A DNA stretch of 64,000 nt from a virus, in IMG/VR virus record IMGVR_UViG_3300009103_000007, positions 1 to 64,000 of that record. One strand, written 5' to 3'. The notes under the pieces are model-generated. The model worked only from the letters and a program-made list of their open reading frames with translations, did no database searches and was not told the origin of the DNA. A program made the translations under genes and the position numbers. This document shows, in pieces, positions 35,535 through 45,000 of the stretch (positions are counted from its first letter, which is position 1; each line of letters begins with the position of its first letter).

Positions 35535-36231
35535 GAATATTGACGAAATAGCTGTACTTGTCCAGGCAAGAATGTCGTCAGAAAGGTGTCCTGGTAAAAT
35601 GTTGAGACCCTTTGCTGAATCCAACCTTGTTGATATAACACTAAAAAAACTCAAAACTTCAAAAGTTTTCCCCAAAGAGAATATAGTGTTTGCAGCTGCA
35701 GAGCAAGAGTTATTGTCTGTTGCGATAGAAAATGGCGTGAATTGCTTTGTTAGGTCACACGAATCTTCGATGTGGGATGGCGGCCCCAATGCACATTTGA
35801 CTGGAATGTACGAGTGGTGGGATAAAATACCATTCAAATATGTAGTTCTTGTCAATGCTTGTACTCCGCTTTTGGCAATAGAGACTATAGACAATTTTGT
35901 AGAAGAGTATGTTAAATGTGAATCTAATGGCGCTTTTGGCGTGATAGATAAAATGAATTATTTTTGGGATGAAAATTTTAATCTACTAACCCCATTAAGA
36001 GATGCTGCCATGAATACAAAAAATGTTCAAAAAACCTACGAAGCAGCCCATTGCCTATATGCTAGTGCACTGGGGAGCATCGGGGAGAACATATGGATGG
36101 GCGACTTTAATGTTCCGGGAGAAATCGAACTTATTCCGATTAATGAAGAGGAATGTTACGACATAGATTATGAGTGGCAGTTTCCCATTGTGGAAGCAAT
36201 TTATAAATTAGAGTTTGATAATGATCGTTAA
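35527..36231 (+). CDS. neuA: CMP-nonulosonate synthetase (NeuA/PseF-like)
   Basis: QARMSSERCPGKM, terminal DID..WQF. Confidence 0.8.
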   Translation: MIKNIDEIAVLVQARMSSERCPGKMLRPFAESNLVDITLKKLKTSKVFPKENIVFAAAEQELLSVAIENGVNCFVRSHESSMWDGGPNAHLTGMYEWWDKIPFKYVVLVNACTPLLAIETIDNFVEEYVKCESNGAFGVIDKMNYFWDENFNLLTPLRDAAMNTKNVQKTYEAAHCLYASALGSIGENIWMGDFNVPGEIELIPINEEECYDIDYEWQFPIVEAIYKLEFDNDR

Positions 36232-37162
36232 TGGGTGTAAATTGGTTGCGGTTTCTGGAGAAATTATAGACAGCGACCCTTCTATTCAGCGCGCTTTCGA
36301 TGAATATGTTAGTGCGATCGGACACACCCCAAGGGACACTGTTTGGTATGATATCGAAGATTCTGTTTGTTTTGGATCTGATATGAATTATCTGAACTCC
36401 CCTAGACACGAAACGTGCTACCTAACAGATAGGGAATTTTTCATCAAAGATCCTCGCTATGGGTTGCCTTACTTTGATATTTATCGTGGCAGCGGTTATA
36501 AACTAAACGAACTGTATGTTGATAACGATATAATAGTCGAAAAGAATGTAAAAACTGAAAGGTACAGGGATTCGACAGTTTTAATCGTCGGCGCAGGCCC
36601 ATCTTTTAAAATGGCAAACATTCAGGAGGAGGAGTATGATCACCTCTGGATATGTAATGACGGGCACTCAACTAAGATGCCAGCTTCTTTATTTTATATG
36701 TCTAATACTTCTCAGACCCTTGGCACATCAAAAGAATATATGGAACTCAATAGAAATACCATAGGGTGTTTTGATATTAATGTGGTGAGAGATATAGGTT
36801 TAATGAAAGAATATCAGTCGAAGTTTGGCGAGAGAATGTTTTTGTTTAGCACTAGAGTTTTCACATCAATTGGTACGGTTCCTCGTTTAATAAATCTTGC
36901 TTCTCATCTGGGTGCCTCTAAGGTTAAATTTGTGGGCATGGATGGGCACTCTAAGGAGCATTTCAGTTCTGGGAAATCTTTCTCTTCATTCGAATTAACA
37001 TTAAAGGATATACCAAAGGGTCAAAACTACAGTAACCAGAGACGAGAATATTTATTATTCTGGGAATATATGAAAAAGAAATACCCTTCGGTTGAATTTG
37101 ATAATCTTGGAAAAGTGTACGAACATAATGTAACATCTAGGATCTTGGGATTTTTACCATGA
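36221..37162 (+). CDS. Maf/DUF115-like protein
   Basis: LIVGAGPS...FVGMDG motif pair. Confidence 0.5.
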   Translation: MIVNGCKLVAVSGEIIDSDPSIQRAFDEYVSAIGHTPRDTVWYDIEDSVCFGSDMNYLNSPRHETCYLTDREFFIKDPRYGLPYFDIYRGSGYKLNELYVDNDIIVEKNVKTERYRDSTVLIVGAGPSFKMANIQEEEYDHLWICNDGHSTKMPASLFYMSNTSQTLGTSKEYMELNRNTIGCFDINVVRDIGLMKEYQSKFGERMFLFSTRVFTSIGTVPRLINLASHLGASKVKFVGMDGHSKEHFSSGKSFSSFELTLKDIPKGQNYSNQRREYLLFWEYMKKKYPSVEFDNLGKVYEHNVTSRILGFLP

Positions 37163-37872
37163 AGTGTATTATTTGTTCTTGTGATAGTGATGTCAAAGCA
37201 GAGGATGTTTACCAATGCACATCTTGTGGTCACATATACCGGCACTTTCGAGGTGACTTGGAAGAATTTCATAGAGATAGGTATCGTACAGACCCACAAC
37301 GCCAACATAAACTTAAAGATGCCCCTGTGCGCAGAATGTTTGCTTCCAATATAGTGAGTACCATTAGTGAGCACATACCAAAGTCACCCTCATCAAGGAT
37401 ATTTGAAGTTGGATGTGGGTCAGGGTTTCTTTTAGAACAGATATCAAAAGACACAGAAGCTCAGTTAGTTGGCTGCGAATTAGACGAGGGGGTGTTAAGG
37501 ACAGCGCTAGCTTTGAATCCGGAAACATATATTATCAATGATAATTTCATGAATATAGAAAACATTGATCAAGTTGATCTTATAGTTGCCGTGGATGTTT
37601 TGGAGCATATTTTGCACGTCCGAGAGTTTTTAAGAAAGTGCCACAAGATGTTATCCGAAAAGGCATGTTTGGTTTTGCAAGTTCCAATTGACCGCCCCTC
37701 CATGTTCCGTCCCCCAAATCCTAATTTCGACGGGCATGTTCATTACTTTAATGAAGGGTCTATCAGGAAACTCCTCAGTGAGTTGTTTTTCACGGTGGAA
37801 AAAGTGATAAAGACTCAGAGAGGGCACACAGCACATGGCACAGAAATGATAATAATAGGAAAGAAAAAATGA
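37159..37872 (+). CDS. Class I SAM-dependent methyltransferase with N-terminal Zn ribbon
   Basis: CxxC...CxxC, FEVGCGSG, DVLEH. Confidence 0.85.
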   Translation: MKCIICSCDSDVKAEDVYQCTSCGHIYRHFRGDLEEFHRDRYRTDPQRQHKLKDAPVRRMFASNIVSTISEHIPKSPSSRIFEVGCGSGFLLEQISKDTEAQLVGCELDEGVLRTALALNPETYIINDNFMNIENIDQVDLIVAVDVLEHILHVREFLRKCHKMLSEKACLVLQVPIDRPSMFRPPNPNFDGHVHYFNEGSIRKLLSELFFTVEKVIKTQRGHTAHGTEMIIIGKKK

Positions 37873-38180
37873 TCATATATATAGACATTGATGAAACAAT
37901 CTGCGTTACTTCGACAGATAGAAATTATAAAAATTCCAAACCCCTTTATCCTCGCATAAAGGAAATAAATGATTTATACGAACAAGGCAATAAGATAGTT
38001 TACTGGACTGCCCGCGGCAGCACAACCGGTATAGATTGGACCGATTTAACCCGATCTCAACTTGATGAGTGGGGTGCAAAATTTCACGATGTGAAACTCG
38101 GAAAGCCTCATTTTGATTTATATATATGTGATAAATCAATAAATTCAGAAGAATATTTCAACACAAAGGAGAAAAAATGA
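37869..38180 (+). CDS. Small HAD-family phosphatase
   Basis: DIDET, WTARG, GKP..D..ICDK. Confidence 0.8.
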   Translation: MIIYIDIDETICVTSTDRNYKNSKPLYPRIKEINDLYEQGNKIVYWTARGSTTGIDWTDLTRSQLDEWGAKFHDVKLGKPHFDLYICDKSINSEEYFNTKEKK

Positions 38181-38389
38181 AATTATCAAACCAAGCATTA
38201 GGCGCCATTATGATGGCACTGCAAAAATCTTTAATGGAGCAGGAGGATATTGTTCCCATGCTAAACGAATTCAATTTTCGAATTGATTCAAATGAGATGT
38301 TGGTGGTAGAAAACCCTCCCTCATTTCAGGTATCTGAGTCGCAATTCAACGCCGATTGCGACACCAAAGCAACTACTGGCAGCGATTAG
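38177..38389 (+). CDS. Hypothetical protein
   Basis: 70 aa, AAGGAG SD, coupled start. Confidence 0.6.
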   Translation: MKLSNQALGAIMMALQKSLMEQEDIVPMLNEFNFRIDSNEMLVVENPPSFQVSESQFNADCDTKATTGSD

Positions 38390-38390
38390 G

Positions 38391-38642
38391 ATGCCATTTT
38401 ACATATATCGCTGCGAGGCCTGCAGAGAGGAGTTTGAAATAAGGCATGGTATGTTTTATGTGCAGGAGAAATGCATCAAGTGTAATGGATCCGATTGCCT
38501 GTTTAAAGTGCCTTCTTTTAGTACTTCGAAGAAAGAGGAAGAGCTTGCAAGAAAGCCCGGCGAATTGATTGAGGAATATATGAAAGACGCAAAAGAAGAA
38601 ATAAAGAAAGAAAAAAAGAAATTAAAATCTGAGGAATTTTGA
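38391..38642 (+). CDS. FmdB-family zinc-ribbon protein
   Basis: MPFYIYRCEAC...CIKC. Confidence 0.75.
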   Translation: MPFYIYRCEACREEFEIRHGMFYVQEKCIKCNGSDCLFKVPSFSTSKKEEELARKPGELIEEYMKDAKEEIKKEKKKLKSEEF

Positions 38643-38643
38643 G

Positions 38644-38949
38644 ATGTGGTTTACGTTGTTCGTGGTAAGTTTGGTGATTAATGTATTTGGCATCATGTAT
38701 GTGAGGTGGCTCTTGAAAACGCTGTCAAGTATAGGGGAGGACTTAGATGCTTTGAAGATGGCCATGAGTGAATACGTCGGCCATGTCAAATCAGTATATG
38801 AGCTAGAGATGTTCTATGGAGATCAGACGCTGAAATCTTTGATGGACCATGGTCGCGACCTAATTGGCAAGATAGAAGATGTGGATTTTGTTTTAAATTT
38901 AGAGGAGGAAATAGAGGTAGATGGCGAGAAAGAAACGGAAGAAGAATAA
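38644..38949 (+). CDS. Hypothetical membrane-anchored protein
   Basis: N-terminal hydrophobic helix, acidic tail. Confidence 0.6.
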   Translation: MWFTLFVVSLVINVFGIMYVRWLLKTLSSIGEDLDALKMAMSEYVGHVKSVYELEMFYGDQTLKSLMDHGRDLIGKIEDVDFVLNLEEEIEVDGEKETEEE

Positions 38950-39613
38950 TTATTTCACAAAAGTTCATGAAGACGCAATTGTAAGGTATTCAAAGACGGT
39001 TTGCCTGAAAGAGCGGACAGAATTGTATGTCTCTTTTATAGAGCCAGCGTTGTCGGAAATGGTAAATAAGATTATTTTTACTTACAAATTTAACACATTA
39101 CCAAATATAGATTCGTTGCGTGAAGATTGTAAAATTTGGCTGACAACCATATTAGACAAATATGATCAATCTAAGGGCTCGAAAGCATTTTCTTATTTTT
39201 CAGTTGTAACTAAAAATTGGTTTATTCACAAAGTTAAGAAAAATTCTAAAAAAGTAAAAAAAGAAGTCTCATACGAGAATCTCGTTGAGAACGGCGGAGC
39301 GCATATTCTTGGCACATCTGACGATAAAATAGTGCCATATACAGAACAAAGAATTGAAAATGAGTTTTGGAACTCTTTATTAACGCATCTTGACAGGTGG
39401 GATACGGGTAATCTTAAGCAAAATGAAAAAAATGTTTTACAAGGTGTGAAAATATTGCTACACAACGTTGATGATATAGATATTTTTAATAAAAAGGCGG
39501 TGTACTTGTATCTTAGAGAATTAACTGGCTTGAACACTAAGCAGGTAGTAAACAATTTAAACAAACTACGTGAAAAATATAGAATATTCAAGACAAGGTG
39601 GGATAGGGAATAA
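38921..39613 (+). CDS. Phage sigma-factor-like protein (candidate late sigma)
   Basis: KYDQSKGSKAFSYF resembles sigma region 2.3 and gp55-like proteins. Sits at the head of the structural module. Confidence 0.6.
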   Translation: MARKKRKKNNYFTKVHEDAIVRYSKTVCLKERTELYVSFIEPALSEMVNKIIFTYKFNTLPNIDSLREDCKIWLTTILDKYDQSKGSKAFSYFSVVTKNWFIHKVKKNSKKVKKEVSYENLVENGGAHILGTSDDKIVPYTEQRIENEFWNSLLTHLDRWDTGNLKQNEKNVLQGVKILLHNVDDIDIFNKKAVYLYLRELTGLNTKQVVNNLNKLREKYRIFKTRWDRE

Positions 39614-39625
39614 AACTGCATGGAC

Positions 39626-39633
39626 TCTATTTA
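39626..39633 (+). promoter_or_regulatory. Putative late-promoter motif TCTATTTA
   Basis: 4 nt before ATG 39638, no SD. Confidence 0.55.
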
Positions 39634-39637
39634 ATGT

Positions 39638-39931
39638 ATGACAAAGAAAAAATTAAATAATTTTATTGAAACAGCGACTCAGAATATAACAGAGGACAGG
39701 GCAGCGACCAAAACTTTATTAATGAACTTGATGAAATATATGCAAGTTTCAGACGATCGTCACAAAGAAGTCGGTTTGGTGGCTGCGAAATATCTAGAGA
39801 CTCTACAGAGATCTAATGAGCAATTGGTTAAGCTGGCTACTCTACTACAAAGGGGTCAAAAATCTCCTGGCTCGATGACTGACGAAGATAAAGAGGAATT
39901 GTTTGATTTGATAAAAGGAGAAGAAGAATGA
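39638..39931 (+). CDS. Hypothetical helical protein
   Basis: 97 aa. Confidence 0.65.
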   Translation: MTKKKLNNFIETATQNITEDRAATKTLLMNLMKYMQVSDDRHKEVGLVAAKYLETLQRSNEQLVKLATLLQRGQKSPGSMTDEDKEELFDLIKGEEE

Positions 39932-40575
39932 GCTGGGAAAGAATGTATGATCCGTGGCGAATCGGGCTCAAGCTAGATAGGGCAGCACCAACTATAGGCG
40001 CGCTCCAGTCCAGCGATCCAAATATGGATAAAGTCACCAAGCTGATCAACACCATGAAACAAGCCGGCAAATATGAGGCTTTCACGCACGACCACTTGAC
40101 GAATACCGGCTTGCTGGGCTTAATATTGCATACTGAAAAAACAACTGTGAATGAGGTTAAATTTATGCTCGGCGCCCATGCCGCGACCTATAAAAATTTA
40201 AAGATGGACAGCAAGACTATAATCAAGAAAGCATACGTTTTCATTCCGGAGATTTCCACCGTGTTGCCTCCTATAACTTCGTTGGGAACACCGCGCGATG
40301 GCCCTTTTAAGAAGTTTATGGACCTTGCCCGCCTCAAAGGTGAGGCAGCGACGAAGCCGAAGGAGGACAATAATAAACAGAAGTGGGAGAAGGCTGAATG
40401 TGATTACTGGAGGGCTCTTAAGGAAATAAAGAGATACCCGATAGCTTACCCTGTCGAATCCGCCGAGAGCGCGCAGAACACCATCGCGGCTGGCCGCTTT
40501 TGTATATGTCTTTTTCCCGACCCCACCAATATGTCGTTGGTAATGATCAAAGCGTCTACACAAGAATGGACCTAA
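39928..40575 (+). CDS. Hypothetical protein
   Basis: 215 aa, ATGA-coupled to the upstream gene. Confidence 0.6.
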   Translation: MSWERMYDPWRIGLKLDRAAPTIGALQSSDPNMDKVTKLINTMKQAGKYEAFTHDHLTNTGLLGLILHTEKTTVNEVKFMLGAHAATYKNLKMDSKTIIKKAYVFIPEISTVLPPITSLGTPRDGPFKKFMDLARLKGEAATKPKEDNNKQKWEKAECDYWRALKEIKRYPIAYPVESAESAQNTIAAGRFCICLFPDPTNMSLVMIKASTQEWT

Positions 40576-40595
40576 TATAATGATAGGGATTTAGA

Positions 40596-42065
40596 ATGTC
40601 AAAAACAAAATTAAAAACATCAGTAACTAAGAGAAAAGACGGGAAATATTCAAGTACAGTTACGGTTGTTGACGAAACCGGTGCGGTATTATCAACTCAC
40701 GAATCAACCGGTGCAACACAAGAAGAGGCCGCCCAATCAGCAATCCAAGAAACAAGAGATTCTTACAAAGATTTAGATCCAGAAACCGGCTATGATATTG
40801 GTACTGCGCCCGTTGAGTATGTGCCCCCAAAGGGCGGCAAACGACGACCTAAACCACCACCAGCACCACCTAAAGATTCGGACGGAGATGGCATACCGGA
40901 TACAATGGACCGACAGAATGATCCGAACTATGAGGAGAGGGAAGTTACGAAAGGACGCAACCATACTTTGTGGAGGGGATTAGATGATAAGCCTCGCAAG
41001 ACTTCTGATCCCGGACATAAGTACGATGGCAAATACGGGTACCCCGTTAGAGAAGAGGTGCCGGGATACAAAGGCCTGCCAGGCGACGCCATATTGAATC
41101 CGAGTAATTTTGGCTCAGCTGTTGATAACAATACTCGCATAGTTCTTGGCCGCTCCCGCGATTTTCACTCTCATATGGCCGCAGGTTCTATAGATATTGT
41201 TGCTGGGCGAATGGCACCATTTCCTTTAGCATCCTGGGCCGGCCCGGGCGTAGATCCCATGAACCCTGACTCTGAGCGAACCAACGCACTTCGACTTGCA
41301 CCAATCTTTAAGCCAATGAAGTTTAATCAAAATTATGAACCCAAGTCGGCCGGCCAAATAATCGACGCAGAGGGTAATCCTGCAAAGCATCCTGGGGTTG
41401 TCATGGATGCTGCACGTGTTTACGTTAGTCAGATGACTGATGTAGATTCGCTCTTTGGTTTCGTATTGAATCCGAAGGAATCTCCTAACCCTACCATAGG
41501 AAAAGCAAATCCAGAGTACAACAAAAGGTATGAGACCCCACCTGCGCAAAAGATACCCACTTCGGCCGTCGCCGCTTCTGCTGATAAAGTGAGGCTCTAT
41601 GCGCGCCAAGATATTAAAATAATTACTGGAGGGAAAGAGGCTCAGTACAATTCTCAAGGTGTCCCGCTTAGATTTATAGGGGGAATTCACCTTATAGCTG
41701 GAAATGGAGACCCGTCCGCGGCCTCTTCAGAACCTATCCCAAAGGGAGTTAAATTAGCTGAGGCACTAGATAAACTAACAGATATAGTAGATAAAACAGT
41801 GGACCTTCTGGATGCTGGAATACAGGCCCAGATGGAGTTTAATACCGCTATGATGAACCATTTTCACCAATCTCCACTTCTTGGGATTCCAACCACCCCA
41901 TCTATAGTGGCTCAGGCTGCTGGGGTAAAGGTTCTCATTGATCACCTTTCCCGTGTTAAGGTTGGTGTTGCTTTTATAAAATCAAATATGGCTAGGTTTA
42001 AACTAAATAGACTTAACATCAGTGGGGATAATTATATCAATAGTAGATATAATACTACAAACTAG
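40596..42065 (+). CDS. Probable baseplate hub/spike-related structural protein
   Basis: GDAIL...RIVLGR, SIDIVAGR, AARVYVSQ, ADKVRLYAR short beta-strand repeats. Upstream of the baseplate genes. Weak family assignment. Confidence 0.4.
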   Translation: MSKTKLKTSVTKRKDGKYSSTVTVVDETGAVLSTHESTGATQEEAAQSAIQETRDSYKDLDPETGYDIGTAPVEYVPPKGGKRRPKPPPAPPKDSDGDGIPDTMDRQNDPNYEEREVTKGRNHTLWRGLDDKPRKTSDPGHKYDGKYGYPVREEVPGYKGLPGDAILNPSNFGSAVDNNTRIVLGRSRDFHSHMAAGSIDIVAGRMAPFPLASWAGPGVDPMNPDSERTNALRLAPIFKPMKFNQNYEPKSAGQIIDAEGNPAKHPGVVMDAARVYVSQMTDVDSLFGFVLNPKESPNPTIGKANPEYNKRYETPPAQKIPTSAVAASADKVRLYARQDIKIITGGKEAQYNSQGVPLRFIGGIHLIAGNGDPSAASSEPIPKGVKLAEALDKLTDIVDKTVDLLDAGIQAQMEFNTAMMNHFHQSPLLGIPTTPSIVAQAAGVKVLIDHLSRVKVGVAFIKSNMARFKLNRLNISGDNYINSRYNTTN

Positions 42066-42068
42066 TTA
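42061..42068 (+). promoter_or_regulatory. Putative late-promoter motif ACTAGTTA
   Basis: 5 nt before ATG 42074. Confidence 0.5.
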
Positions 42069-42073
42069 AAGAA

Positions 42074-45000
42074 ATGGCAGTTATAAAGCGAAAATATTTT
42101 GAAATAAGTCATAATAATGAAGCGATCTCTTTTGGCCCTCGCGGACTGGGAGATCTCGGCAGAGATATTTTAGCCGTCAAGGCAGCACTGGGAGAGATAG
42201 TGCCCGCTCAGGAAGTTGGCCAAGATGCTTCTGAAATGTCTGACAGCGGCTGGTTTGACTGTTCTACTGGTAATCCTCTAAACCCATCTGAAGGGGCAAC
42301 ATTCGATAAAAGAATGCAAAGGTCCCTGATGAAGTTCCAACTAGAAAACCAATACTACATATTAGAATATTTATTTCAGAAGTACTCTGTAAATAGAATA
42401 TTGGATGCTGTTGCTGAGGTGCAGAAAGGGGAGACTGATTATTGGTTCGAAGAAGCCGGCCCAGGCACTGAGACAACAGATAAGATGGCTGAAGCTATCA
42501 ATATGGCCAAAGAAGTACAGGCCATCATATCTCTTTTTGAATCAGAGTTTGGCTACTTGGGAGAAGCAACACTTAGTGTGCTAAATGGTTGGCTGCCCAT
42601 AACGAGCAATACTACATCGCCAGAGGGCACTTTTGATGTTGTAAGGGATGAGGCCACCGGTAGCCAACATTTATGGTATCTGACTCCCATAAACCTATGG
42701 AGTATGCTAAAAGATAAAACTATTGGCCCTGACTGGCAAGCATCGAGCACAATATTTAATTTACATACAATACAAGAAATTATTGATCACTCCTCATACT
42801 CTTATGAAGAGATTTATAGGGACTTGAGAGAGTCTTTTTTTCCACGGTCTGGCTTATCACCAGACTGGTTCAAGCTTATCCTCAGCCCTACAGGCCAGCG
42901 GTCCCAATTCGAGCGTTCTGGCCTCCCAGATTACGGATTTGTTCAGTTTGCTCGAAGACCGGAGGATTATCAGAGCCCCTTGAACACCGCGGTCCGTTTA
43001 ATTACAGAAAGTTTTCCAATACCCGCAGATCATCCCGAGTTGGAAACTCTATCCGCAGAAGCTCAGGCAGAGATGCTTATGAGGGCTTTTGAACCGGAAA
43101 TAAAAAATAATCCAGACCCCTATGAAGTTGGGTTGACTAAGATTAAATTCTTTTTGAAAACGGACTATACTTTTGAAAATCTGCCCCCTTCTCCGAATAC
43201 AGAAGAGTATGATGCATCTTTACGCGAAATGGCAGACGAGGCGCTACACCAAGTATTACAACACTATGAGCGCCCTGATGTGTGGTATATTAGCGAGGCA
43301 AGCGGAAAAGTGATTACACAGTATTTCTCTCGCCCGTGGCCACCTGAAGAAGACTCAGACAGGGCCCGACCGGAGGTCGGAGCCGGCCGGCATGATGGAA
43401 GCCTAACAGATAGCGAGACTTGGGTATTGACGCTGCAAAAACTAATAGATAATGGAACTGTCTCTTCAGACGCAGCAAAACACTTTTCATATATTGAGGG
43501 GTTCAATAACAAGGCGCCTTTAATAAAATTTGTAGAATTTAGAACACCGTCTCTTCGACCGGGCGACACCTATAGAGCTGAATTTGTCATCAACAAGAAC
43601 AAATTTGATTTAATTGAGAAAGGCATGCGCACTTCTGGCGATTACTCCGCTTCCGAAGGGTCTGTGGATTTAGGTGCTCGTCTTGATGAGGTGGAGGAGG
43701 ATCTCGCGAAGTTCTCTTGTGCAGAGAATGCAATGTCAGACGAAGAGCAGCGAAGGCGATATGCTGAGTTTAGGTCTATAGCTTCTAAGAAAAAGAAAGA
43801 AATTGTTAGAAATTTAAGAGCAATGGTTTTGGAAAGACAGGAAACTGCAGGCCGCCAACACGAAATAAGCATTCAGGGGAATCTGGGCCCTTTCGGAGAA
43901 TTAGACGTTACCAATAAGAACTTTAATGCTTTAGATGTTGCAGGGCTGGTCGGCCCCGCAGTACTCTCAAATAGTGAATCGGCCCATAACTCACTTACGG
44001 AAGATCTTCTTGGTAAGGCGAATATAGCCCAAAGCCGCAAGCAAGGTTCCCCTGTGCTGCTAGAGTGGAATACAATAAAGGTTGGTATACCAAAAGTTTC
44101 CAAAGCATTGCGCGATGCAGCTTCTGATGTATCATCTGAGGAATGGGTCGATACTAAGGGTAACCCTCTTAACCCGCCAATCGATATGGCGACAGAAGCA
44201 TCAAAATACGATGCAATTATGGACGAATTGGATCAACTATTTAAAATTATTGGCAACAAATCTATCGCTCGTCGAAATGATCAAGTTCAATTTTTGTTAG
44301 GGGGGTTTAAATCAAATTCGTTAATTCACATGGAGGACGATTTTAAATTTGACTTTACCGATGTCAAATCTGAAGACCAAACCATCATCCTCGGCCGCAA
44401 ACTTACTAAAATAGAATATGTGTCCTATCTGCGGCCGCAGTTCACATGTGCAATCGGCCCAGAGGAACTGGACTTGCACACAAAAGAGATGAACTCATTA
44501 TCCAGTCCAAGAACAATGGGATACTTTGAACAACACGAAGCCATGGCCGGCATGGGCATAGGGTCTATGGCTGACCCATTGAAGAGCACGTGCGCCGATG
44601 TCTTTTATTCAAAGCCGGGTGTTGCTTTTGCCATGCGCTATACTTATCCGAAATTGGAACCAAAGCCAAAAAAGCCCGGGCCCGACCCCGTAGAAGAGTG
44701 GGCTCGAACACAATTTATGGATCCCTTTGAAGATTGGGTTGCAACTTCCGCGGAGGGCCTCGGTGACCGATCTTGGAAAACCGGTTTCCTAGAGGATGAA
44801 AACAAATCATATAACTCCGCAGAAATATTGCCAATGATCGGGGAAGCTTGTACGCTAGAGCAACTATATGGAGAATTTTTAGATAAATATAATCTTTTTT
44901 CACTTTTGTGTGATTGGTTGAAATGTCTTCGGTTACCGGGATTTAGCTTGCAAATGCCAAATTTCCATATTCCACCTATCCCCGAGTTGCCTACATTTGG

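Noticed and set aside
40876-40911. DSDGDGIPDTMD as a functional Ca-binding repeat system
   Set aside because: A single copy of a common acidic motif, insufficient for a claim.
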